Assembly (NCBI GenBank): GCA_040143965.1
Contig: JASJQH010006954.1
Coordinates: forward strand, 1-33,008
Direction of reading: 5' to 3'
DNA length: 33,008 bases
From: Basidiobolus ranarum
Taxonomy: Eukaryota
The position numbers and the translations under genes were made by a program. The notes beneath the pieces were generated by a model. That model worked only from the letters and a program-made list of their open reading frames with translations. It ran no database searches and had not been told where the DNA came from. This document shows positions 12,670-23,200 of this stretch, piece after piece (within the stretch, counting starts at the first letter, position 1; the number at the start of each line of letters is the position of its first letter).

Positions 12670-14989
12670 TCATTGAGTACGTTCCAATTTCTTGTAGATC
12701 TCGGTGATCCTTTGAAGGGTGTTTTCGATGGAATAGCAATTGAGTAGATGTTCCTACATAAAGGAGATGATGAGGATGATATTGGAATAGAAGTCATGAG
12801 AGTATATGTTGAACCTGGTTAGCATTTTCCATCGGTTTGTCATTGTCTACATCAATGGGAGTGGAGTATCAAAATGCCAGTTAGCAATATTCATTGTAAA
12901 GGAGGTTCTTGGAGTAGGGGAGATACCTGAGGACTCTGCTATGAATTGTTGAACTTCTATGGCTAAAGGGTCAAGGTATTTATTCCTAATGTATTGAATA
13001 TTGCTCTCACTACGAACACCGGTCTTTATGAAAGTAAATCAAACCAAGAGATTGCGAGTTAATTTTTTTATGATACCAAGTAATGGTTAGAGCGAAGTCA
13101 AAAAAATACCTGATTTTCTTCATCTCGGATCAATAAGTAGAGATAGAAGTTTCCACCATAAACGATATGATGAAGAGATTCTTGAAATGTACCTTCATGC
13201 TCTACTATACGTGAGAGTATCATAGGAAGGAATTGATGAAACAACGCTGGACTGTTGAATAGAAGGGCCTTGGACGCAGAAATTCGATTAATCTTTGCGA
13301 TCAAGTAAGAGTTCAATTAACTTGGGATTCTACCTTACCCGAGCAAAAATCTTGCTCTACGCTTTCTTTCAATAGGTTTATGGCCGCTGATTTCATGGTA
13401 TCAAAGGGGCAATTGGAAAGTAGCTCGGTAAGTATGATTGCTCTCAGATCGCTTGTCATGGTGAAAAGATGCTTGGAGAGGATTCGGTAGGCCAAGAAAC
13501 GAGCCCTTGCATCAGGTGAGAGTGAGGCAAATGATGCGATGATCTAAAGCAGAAAGAATACCAAACGTTACAATGGTGTCTACAAGATAGAATACAACCA
13601 CTATTCTACCTGGGTGACCTGCATGATGCTGCTATGAAAGATTGGGAAGATGTCATCCAAAAGATCGCACGAAATAGCCTCGGATTTAGTGTTGGCCACC
13701 AGATGAAATAGAATCATTAGTCCTTTATCATAAAGAGCTTGGTATTTTTCTTCTGGGCTTTGTATACAAAGAGTAAGCTAAAAGCGTAGTAAATGATGCC
13801 AAATAACTTTACTCACCTGGATAGGAGAAGAACCCCGTACTCTATTAAGTATTTGTAAGTCTGGTCTGGAGCCATATTGAAGGCAATCGATGGGAATGAA
13901 GGAGATTTTTCGAACATTGGGTTATTTTGAATACCGAAAAAGCTTGCAAACAATATGGCAATTCCTTTCTTGGAGAGTATGAGAGGTGGTTCGTCATTAT
14001 CTGATGAGACTTCTTAAAAGTGGATTAGGGTGAGTTTGGTCATAGTATTTAGGATCAGAGAATGTAATACTACCTTCCGTTTCAGTAGTATTCATACTGT
14101 CAACCAATAAAGACTCGAGAGAAAGCTGTATTTTGTTCACCAAATTCTAATGAAGTAATGAAAGATATAGAGTGAATGGAGTTATGAAGAAATTCGATAA
14201 TTGAGATCAAGTGTACCAAAATACGTAGTAACCTCAGTCTAGAGTTTTCGTCAACCTCCACGGAAGGTGGGTCATAAGTGTAATATTTGGGAGCGTTGTT
14301 CATATGATATTGAAGTGCGAAATAGAATGGTGTTGGTCCCAGATATTTCTCCGATATTTGTAGTAAAATATACACAAGAAGATAATGAAGTCGACTGGTT
14401 TCTTCCTTAGAGGTCTGACATAATTCAAGATTCTAATATAACATCGTTTACTCCAAGTTTAAAATGATACCTCTTATTTGCAGTTTTAAATTACCGAAGA
14501 ATTGTCTGGTAGTCTACTTGACAATGAGTCTATAAAAGTAAGAAGTAGATCCACGATTTTTCTAGCTTGATCTGCAGAAGGATCTTGAGTGTCTATACAA
14601 TAAAGTTATTCTTTATAAAAGAAGAGTTACTAACGGATAAAAGTGACGAATTGTACACATACCCTCGTTTAACAACGACCAAGAAACAAAGTCAAGACTC
14701 TTTAGTAGCGATGGTAGAGCTGATGCCACGAATTGGGATAACTTTTTCGTCTTTATGTTGTATATAGCTTAAAAGATGAAAAGGTCGGCTCAGCTTAAAA
14801 TCAATACGTATGAGAGTTTTTGGTAATTTAACTACCTTCAATTATTGTATTAGCAAGATTTAAATAGTCTTTGATAAATTCTTCCCTTTTGTCATTGGTA
14901 TCTATAATCTCTTCCCAGTCGAAAGAACTCAATTCTTGAAGAGTAAAGATATATGTCTCACGTGGGCTCAACGTTTCTTCTGAGCTCAT
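12670..14989 (-). CDS. YAP1-binding (Ybp1)/ALF4/glomulin family protein, multi-exon
   Basis: Spliced C-terminal blocks SPDARARFLAYRIL..ELLSNCPFDTMKSAAINLLKE..NFYLYLLIRDEENQ|TGVRS..YLDPL..IENTLQRITEIY match the family pattern from memory. Start MSSEETLSPRE at 14989, stop TGA at 12672-12670. Confidence 0.75.
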
Positions 14990-15142
14990 CTCTGCAAAAG
15001 AATACTTGTTATCAGTCTATGCTATACGAGGAGTATAATACTAAAGTTCGGAATTCAACTAGTTTCATTAATTCATGCTTATGATTTAATATTTATTAAA
15101 TCAAATTTTGAATTGATTCCTTCTCTTCTATCAATGGACAAT

Positions 15143-16858
15143 CTAGTAGCCTACTAATTTACCCAGAGTGGGTGGTGGAGGGGGGAGCCTTTCAACACCA
15201 ACCTCAAATACAGCAGCCATGCCCATGATAGCATGTGGCGTGGCGCGGCATTGGAAAAGCCATACTCCTGGATTGTTAGCAACAAAACGGAAGACTCTCC
15301 AACCACAGGGAGAATGTGGCTCATTATGTACTCCTTGACTTTCCGCAGTTGGATACAATGTGATGATATCACGAGGGAAAGGTGGGTTATAGAGTCTGGG
15401 AGGTCTTCCAGGGTAGGCTCCCTTGCCACCGCCAAGATCGAACAATTTGTGTCCATGAAGATAGAAAGGATGCACGTCACAACGACCGTTTGGATCAGCG
15501 GTCAATTGAAGAACAACCTGAATTACCTCACCAAGTTGAATTGGATAGGTACCACGTCTTGGGTCATAACCATCTGCTGGTACTTGTGAATAGTCAATTT
15601 TACGAGACATTTGACCAGTATACAGATCATTAAGAAGTGGAGTTCTTGGATGTTCGTAGGTCACGTTGTTGATCACCATCTTAGTAGCAACTCCGACCAA
15701 ACCGCTACCCTGACCAAGCAATACTACAGTTGGAGTCATGATGAATTCGCGGTCATATTTGTATGGGAACTCAGGGACTGCTTCAGTTCGGTATGGCAAT
15801 TTGACGAATTTGTCAGTCTCCCACAGGAACTGTTGGGGAGGGACTGTTGGAAGCGACATCTGGTTGGGGGTTTCTTTAGTGTTAGGTTTTCCAGCCTCTT
15901 TATATTGCAAGATGGCTACACCATCAGCCTGATCAGCTGGGGCTTTCCATTCATAACCTGGTTCAGATTTCATGTAGTAAGTTCCGGGTCTTTGATTGGC
16001 ATGTACAAGAACTGAAAAACGTTGACCAGCATTCACTTCGATATGATCCGTTTGGAAAGGCTTCACGTACGAGCCATCTACTTCAATGACCGTCATTTTG
16101 TGACCACCGATCTTGAACCGGAAGAATGCTGCCATAGCTGATCCATAGATACGGAAGCGATAGGTCTTGCCACTCTCTACGGTAGTAACATCATGCTCGC
16201 AAGAAGTGCAAACTTTGTCCTCCTTTGATGCGCATTTGGTCTTGACAAGGTTCTTGCCGTTGATCAAAAGTGATTGAGGAGAGAAGATCCAACGGAAATT
16301 GGGCGACACTAAACCGGTAGTGATATCATCATCATCCTTATGGAAGAAGTCACTAAGAAGGATGTTTCGCTCTTCCTCATATTTGTAGATTCGAGGGCCC
16401 AGGTTGTCATCGACGACAAGCGCACCGAAGGCAGTCATACCATGAATACCAGTAGAAGCATGATAGAAGTAGGTACCGACTTGGTCACCTACATTTATCT
16501 CATAGCGATACATGGTTCCAGGAAGGATAGGCCATTGTGTCAAGCGAGGGACACCGTCAGAGAAGGGTGTGCCCTTATTGAGCATGCCATGGAAATGCAT
16601 AGAGACTACATCAGTGTCCATTTGATTGAGAACATTCACAACAAGAGTATCGCCAGGGTGAACACGAATCTCTGGGCCTGGGAGCTGATTGTTTATTAGC
16701 ACGACAAGTCTGCTGAAACAGTCAGGGGAGCGCTGATCCTGGGTGACGGTGAGGTTATATTCGACCACACCGGCATTGACCGTTAAAATCAAAGCTAGCA
16801 AGAAGCATAAGAAAGCTCCTGATCTTAATGATCGTTGCGGTGAGGTGAACTTTACCAT
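15143..16858 (-). CDS. Secreted three-domain multicopper-oxidase-like protein (laccase/ascorbate-oxidase family) with degenerate T2/T3 copper ligands, intronless 571 aa
   Basis: Signal peptide and family motifs INNQLPGPEI, HFHG, DGVPRLTQWPI, GTYFYH, LLINGK, GKTYRFRI, GQRFSVL, HPFYLHGH, ANNPGVWLFQCRATPHAIMGM. Confidence 0.92.
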   Translation of the reverse strand: MVKFTSPQRSLRSGAFLCFLLALILTVNAGVVEYNLTVTQDQRSPDCFSRLVVLINNQLPGPEIRVHPGDTLVVNVLNQMDTDVVSMHFHGMLNKGTPFSDGVPRLTQWPILPGTMYRYEINVGDQVGTYFYHASTGIHGMTAFGALVVDDNLGPRIYKYEEERNILLSDFFHKDDDDITTGLVSPNFRWIFSPQSLLINGKNLVKTKCASKEDKVCTSCEHDVTTVESGKTYRFRIYGSAMAAFFRFKIGGHKMTVIEVDGSYVKPFQTDHIEVNAGQRFSVLVHANQRPGTYYMKSEPGYEWKAPADQADGVAILQYKEAGKPNTKETPNQMSLPTVPPQQFLWETDKFVKLPYRTEAVPEFPYKYDREFIMTPTVVLLGQGSGLVGVATKMVINNVTYEHPRTPLLNDLYTGQMSRKIDYSQVPADGYDPRRGTYPIQLGEVIQVVLQLTADPNGRCDVHPFYLHGHKLFDLGGGKGAYPGRPPRLYNPPFPRDIITLYPTAESQGVHNEPHSPCGWRVFRFVANNPGVWLFQCRATPHAIMGMAAVFEVGVERLPPPPPTLGKLVGY

Positions 16859-17189
16859 CGTTGCGACAATACTACTATCATGGCTGAAAGTGTCATTTTA
16901 TAAGAGTTCGCTCCTGAAGATTCACTCACCCTTGGCTTCAAAGATGAAACAATTATGCAAAGTCATAGAAACGCAAGAAACGGTTTCCAAACCCCGTATG
17001 CAAACCACCCAATGGGAGTACATCCTTTTATTGACCAGATATAATGAGATCGAGTGAGGCAAATTCGCCTAATCAACGTATCCCAATCACGTTGCATCCA
17101 AGTCTTATGATGCATACATTCACACACTCACACACATACGCATAAATTCGAATATCTGTGCCATTAAAGAGTTGTTAGATTTATTAACA

Positions 17190-18270
17190 CTAAGTGGTGT
17201 GGAAGTACCACGGAATTACATGGAGGCTGAGATTAAAGCCAAACAGAGAGAGAACAAATAAAGAAATCAAGATAGGTAGCGGGTAGAGAAATATCTCGGT
17301 GTGCGCAAGAAAAGGAAGAGCTAGATGATATAGGCAGGTAAGTAATGCATAACACGGCCACATCCAAGAAAATGATCAATCATTACCTTTGTAGCCTAGA
17401 AATGTCAAATAATTGTAGTACGAAAACGCCACTAAATACATGAGATTTCCGATGAAGAGGGATATCCACGAGTCGGTGCTGAGGATCGAAAGGAAAAAGA
17501 ACTGCAAAACATACAGAATAAGAAATATAGGCAAGAATGAATTACAATGGATATCAAAGGCGTAGCTCCATTCGATCGATTGATCTACTGCGTATATAGA
17601 TTGGTGCTTAAGAAATCGATTTGCAAACAGCCTAATGACGATCAGTTAGTTTGGCTACAAAGATATGTGGATATGTAAATAACCAACCGGCATAGAATGG
17701 ATACACAAAGTCCTGCAAGGATGAAATCTACGCATACCATACGAAGAATCAATATGAAGACTGCGGTGAAACTTCGTCCATAACTTATTCCATAAGCAAC
17801 CCCAGAGACTAAAGAAACGATAAGTAGACGTATTCAGTCTGTAAAAATCGCCGAACCCTAACTTACCAGATAAGAAACCTGCAAGCAATATGATAAAGGC
17901 TGGGTCTTGGCGAGCCCACCTATTGGTAGTTTCTATGTTTATGATTGTGAGTTGGAGAAGCAACAACGAAATCCATTAAACCGCGTAGACTTACGTTTAT
18001 GCTGATAAATGCTACGATAGCTAAAGATAATGATATATTAACTTGAGAGGAATTGAAAATCGAAGCTAAAGATTTCACTCACACTCTTTGTGGACTAATG
18101 CAAAGATAAATCATTTGACGTAATGCAGAAGAAAAATCCATTTCCTTAAAATTGAAAACTCTATCCAACATTCGACTTGACTGCTTTCTTTGACTAAAGG
18201 TTTGAACTGGAATCTGCTTCCGATTCCTACCGTTTACAGAAGAAGTATTTGCACGGTGAGTTGGTAGCAT
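17190..18270 (-). CDS. GMH1: UNC-50 / Gmh1 family Golgi membrane protein, multi-exon
   Basis: Spliced translation contains MDFSSALRQMIYLCISPQRV|YRSIYQHK|..TNRWARQDPAF and IEWSYAFDIHCNSFLP, both UNC-50 signatures. Stop TAG at 17192-17190. Confidence 0.9.
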
Positions 18271-19029
18271 TATATAAAAGCTGCTCTATTTCGAAAATAA
18301 GCGTGGCTAAATATATCGCAATTTATGTGTAAAAAGTAACTTTTAATAATAGAAGCAGCAAGTCAATAGAGCTTGTTGGATACACTGTTACACTTTAGGT
18401 CCTCAGCCCCAGTAAGGGAGCAATAAAAATAAATCTTATGGTTGGTAGGTTTAATTTGACGTCACAGTTATATTAACCTGGAGATAAGAGTTTTTGTGTT
18501 CCAAGTGAATTAACATCAAGAAGAGTAAGATTGCCAATCAAGTTCTTGGTTTTTGAAACGCTAAATACGTTGTGGGTTGATATTAGCATACATACACACA
18601 CTAAGCATATATACACAACATTAAACAAGTAATGCATCAGAAGCAGAAATGAGCATTTTGAAGATGCATCGTGTGGATCCTTCGTATGAATCTAAAACTG
18701 AACAATGTCTATCAAAACATAAGCGCAAACTGAATGAAAACAAACATCAACAAATGACTAGGTATAAGGTGGGTGAGTGATGTGGGTGAGTAATGAATCT
18801 TCGGACAATTCAAATTCATTGTTCATCAATGTGCAAGATAACCTCCGTCAATATATTCATCAAAGAGAATAGGGCCCACCGTTTATCTTAAATAACACTC
18901 ATCACTCACTTTTGTACCTAGTGGTTGACGCTTCTCCCTTTTGCAATCCCCTTCAATTGGCTTTTTTATTAACAATTTAATCGCCAGCGTTAAGCCACCG
19001 CCTTTCTTTTCCGCACCCATTCAGTAGAT

Positions 19030-19867
19030 ATGCAACATCAAGATAAGACACTACCCGTACCCTCGCTCATCAGTGTTGAAAAACCGATGGGGGCGGGTAA
19101 CTTTATCTCCATTACCAACGGTATAGAGACTGCCTCATCTCCTTTAGATTATCAAAAGATTCTAGCGAACAAAGAAATGATTCAAGATACGCTTGTTGGA
19201 TCACTGATAGGAGTTTCAGCGACTCTAGTAATCGCCGTTGGGGTGTTGATCTATTTAATCATTTGGATTCATAAACGCAAACAAAGCCACTCCAAGCAGG
19301 TCTCTATGTCTCTTCTGTATACCAATTTTGATATTCTGTAATAACTTCTTGCTTTGACTTTAGAGATATGAAAATGGCACCAGATTTTCATATGATATCT
19401 CTCCGTCGAATAGAGATTCCGTCATCCCGGATGACTTTCTGCCGGGACAAATGAACACCTTGGCTTCTCCTACGACTGAGCTTCCGCAGCCTTTACCGCC
19501 ATCTCAGAATAAAGAGAAGACAGTTCGGACCAGTTCATTGATGTATAAAAATCCCTATCACCTTCAACGCTTAGGCGACCAAATTCCTACAACAGAGCCA
19601 ATCGCTACTCCCAGGACTTTCACTCGGACTACCTCTTGGATAATGAGTAGGCTTTCAGCTACGAATATTTCCCATGTGGTTGCTGCTCCTAGACGACCAA
19701 GACCGGAGCCTATTGATACCCAGACGTACACCCATAGTGAAAACAACATAACCACCCCAATTACCATGTACCATTCTCCACTTCCACCGTGGACAAAGCC
19801 TCGGCCAAACAGTATACTTATTACCCATGTCATCGATGAAGTACAAGCAGCGAATACAGGAAAGTAG
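19030..19867 (+). CDS. Hypothetical single-pass membrane protein with Pro/Thr/Ser-rich tail; join(19030..19299,19364..19867)
   Basis: TM segment LVGSLIGVSATLVIAVGVLIYLIIWI followed by HKRK. A 64-nt GT..TAG intron joins ORF 19030 in frame to ORF 19451. Confidence 0.7.
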
Positions 19868-20207
19868 ACCTTAATCACTCTCTTACCGCCAGAGCATGAA
19901 ATTTACAATCCTGAAGTCATACCACCTTCCATATATAGAGGGTTTTAACCGTAGACATACCCAAGCTTATCTTATTGACAAAGGATCATCCTTGCACAGT
20001 CAGAGTACTTGTAAAATAAATATAACCATCTCACTTTATAATACAGATCGTACAGATCAAGAATATGGTAGACAAAATTTATTGCTCAAATAGTAAATGA
20101 TACAAGGGTGTAAAACTGAAAAACAAACTAGCATTATACACAAAAAAGTGGAAGATATATTGCGCGCAACATATGATGTAATATACATGAACAACTATCA
20201 GCCAGAA

Positions 20208-23200
20208 TTAATTCTTTCGCGTTCTTGACCGAGTTTGACGTACTGAAATCTTAGTAGTCGTAGAGTCTTTGGAGCGGGTTTCAGGCTTGGAGGTTTCGGA
20301 TGCCTTTGCTCGCTTACGTGTGACAGGCTTGGCGGTATCCTCTTCTTCCGCCTCAGCCTTGCGCTTACTTACTTTAGTATTCCTTGTGCGCTTGGAGGTA
20401 ATTTCATCAGATTGTACATCTTCATGTTTAGCCTTAGTTGAGACCTTTGACCGGGTTTTGGTAGGCTTGGCATCTTTAGATTTCTCTTCTACAGGTTCAT
20501 CCTCATCCGAGGCATCGGAACGCTCGCTTTTCTTGGGGCTAGAGTTACTATCCTCCTGCTTAGAGTCCTTTTTAGTACTCTTACTAGCCTTAGTACGTTT
20601 TGACACGCGTTTAGGTTGAGAGGGCTCTTCAACAGTTTCTTTACTTTTACGTGTGCTGCGCTTAACAGGCTTTTCCTCCTTTTCGTTTTCATCCTCAGCT
20701 GTACTGGAAGATTTGTTTTCCTCAGCCTTTGTTTTTTCCAAGAGTGTTTCATCCTCAGATGCAGGCTTCGTAGAGCGCGTGGAGCGAGTCTTTTTTACAA
20801 CAGTTTTAGCGGCGCGAACAGGTCGATTGGCACGACGTGTGGTAATCTTTGGCTTTTCATCAGATTCTTCATCGGTTTGATCATTCTCGGGCTCATCAGT
20901 GGAAGCTACCTCACGTTTGCTACGCGCTTTAGATTTTTTCTCCGTTTCAATTTCTACCACTTCCTTAGTACTTGATTCTTTTTGATCAAGCTGAGATGCA
21001 CTCTTTGATGAAGCTGAGCGTTTCCCACGACGTGCTGTGGGTTTGACCTCGGATTTGCTATCAAGAGCCAACTGCTCAACTTCCCTCGTACGAGTACGCT
21101 TACGGCTTGTCTTGACTTTGGGTGGCTTATCCTCATCGACGCTCTCTTCATCTGATTTTGAACTGTTGTGGTCATTCGTAGTAACGTTTTTAATTGTTTG
21201 GGGAGATTCAGGTTTGATATCAGCCTTTCTACTCTTTTTCGGCTTGTGATTAATGATTGGTGATTCTGAAATGGGCTCAGTATCAGATTCATTCCTTTTC
21301 TCTTTCTCATCCTCTTGAGTCTTTTTGGCTCTCTTTGATCGCGACTTGAGATTTGGGACATCTTCTTGGTCATCTTCCTCCAATGTTCGTTTAGTACGAC
21401 GAGTAGGTGCTTTGGTTTTGACGCGGGTTTCTTTAGCTGTGTCTACCTCTAAACTTTCTTCAGCATCACTTGCCTGACTTTGCTTTGCATTAGCCTTCTT
21501 CGTTCGACGAGAGGCCTTATGCACTCCAGCGGTTTCTGATTTCTCCACAGAACTTGTATCCACATTCTCTTGCTCAGGTTCAGGAGCCTGATTGTTCATC
21601 TCAGAAGGATCTACTTCCTCCTGCTCAGACTGCTCAACTACAAGCACAGATTCTTTTTGCGCTCTTTGACTGGTAGAACGAGGACGAACGGGAGTGTCAA
21701 TTTCTTGGGCTGACGATTCTTTATTAGTAGCTCTAGCTGTTGATCTAGTTGAGCGAGTACGAGCGGATGTTCGGACTTTGCCTGTTTCTTGATTCTCCGA
21801 TCGAGTGGTTCGCTTGCTAGATCTGGTAGCTCGGCTCTCTACTACAGCTTCAACCTCAGATTCCGAATCCTGGTTAGATTGACTGGCTTTACCTGCGGAT
21901 CTTGTAGATCTGGCTTTGGTTGGTTTTGCATTAGAAGTTGGCTTCACAGGTGAGGGATTGCGAATTTCAGGAGTGTTATCAACTTCCTTGGAATTACGTT
22001 TTGGTGTTTCGATTTCAACACTGGATAATATACCAACTGAACTAGAGCGGTTTCTATTAACAACACTTTCTACTTGTCCATCGTTGCTGGATTCCTTCGC
22101 ATCCTCTTCATGTAGATCCTTACTGTTGACAGCCTCAGTAGCTGATTTAGTCAAGTCGACCTCATCTTCATTTTGAGTATCGTCATCACTGTTAGAATTC
22201 TCATTATCGATGAGGTTCTTTGTCGGTTCCACAATGGACTCGCTTTGGTGAGGTACAGTTTCATTTTCGTCCATAGTTTCATCACTATCACTGATTGACG
22301 CTTCAATAGAGTCGTGCTTTTGGGTGTCTTCCTTAGAGTCACTGACCAATTCCTCGGCCTCAACATCCTCGTGGTTTTCCTCAGTAAGGGTCAGATCTTT
22401 CTGCTCAATATCGTCATCTTTTTCAACGACCACATTAGTCATATTATTTTGAAGGACAGACCCCTTGGTGTCTTCGTTTTCATTCTGATCCTCTTCAACA
22501 AAATCGACCTGGCTAACCTCATTCTCAGAAGCGTCTTTATCAACCTCATCGTCAGAGTTGGCCATCTCTTCATCTTCGTCCTTCTCATCTTCAACGAGCT
22601 CGATCAGGTTAATGTCTTCTTTTGGAGTACTCTCATTAACTTCATCATCCTCCTCGGCAACAAGATTGGCCTGATTGACTTCAGCTTCGTCGTCTTGAGA
22701 AGCGTCTTCGTCAACTTCGTCATCAGAATTGGCTACCTTTGTAGCTTCTTCATCTTCGTCCTTATCATCTTCAACAAGCTCGGCCAGATTAACGTCTTCT
22801 TCTGGAGCACTCTCATTAACTTCATCATCCTCCTCGGCAACAAGATTGACCTGATTGATTTCAGTTTCGTCGTCTTGAGAAGCGTCTTCGTCAACTTCAT
22901 CATCAGAATTGGCTACCTTTACAGCTTCTTCATTTTCTTCTTTCTCATCTTCAACGAGTTCGGTCAGATTAACGTCTTCTTTTGGAGCACTCTCATCATC
23001 GCTCTCCTCCGCAACGAGATTGACCTGATTAATTTCAGCTTCATCGTCCTGAGGAGCGTCTTCATCAACCTCATCGTCAGAGTTAGCTAACTCCGCGGCT
23101 TCCTCAATTTCGTCTTTTTCGTCTTCAACAAGCTCGGTCTGACTAACGTTAAACTCATCATTCATTGGAGTGTCTTCGTCATCTTCACTGTTTTCCGCAA

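Noticed and set aside
12555-12797. 80-aa minus-strand ORF as a separate gene
   Set aside because: It overlaps the last intron and exon of the Ybp1-like gene, whose plausible C-terminus is in another frame.
15143-16858. Horizontal transfer of the intronless oxidase, or RNA editing restoring its histidines
   Set aside because: Other native genes here are also intronless. The changes needed (A->U/C, G->A, U->C and a double change) do not fit one known editing chemistry.
15154-17057. Multiple short ORFs overlapping the multicopper oxidase
   Set aside because: Shadow ORFs in a relatively GC-rich coding region.
22314-23090. 258-aa hydrophobic repeat ORF on the + strand
   Set aside because: Antisense shadow of the acidic repeat in the Ki-67-like gene. 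The complement of GAA/GAT-rich codons gives F/I/L/V runs.
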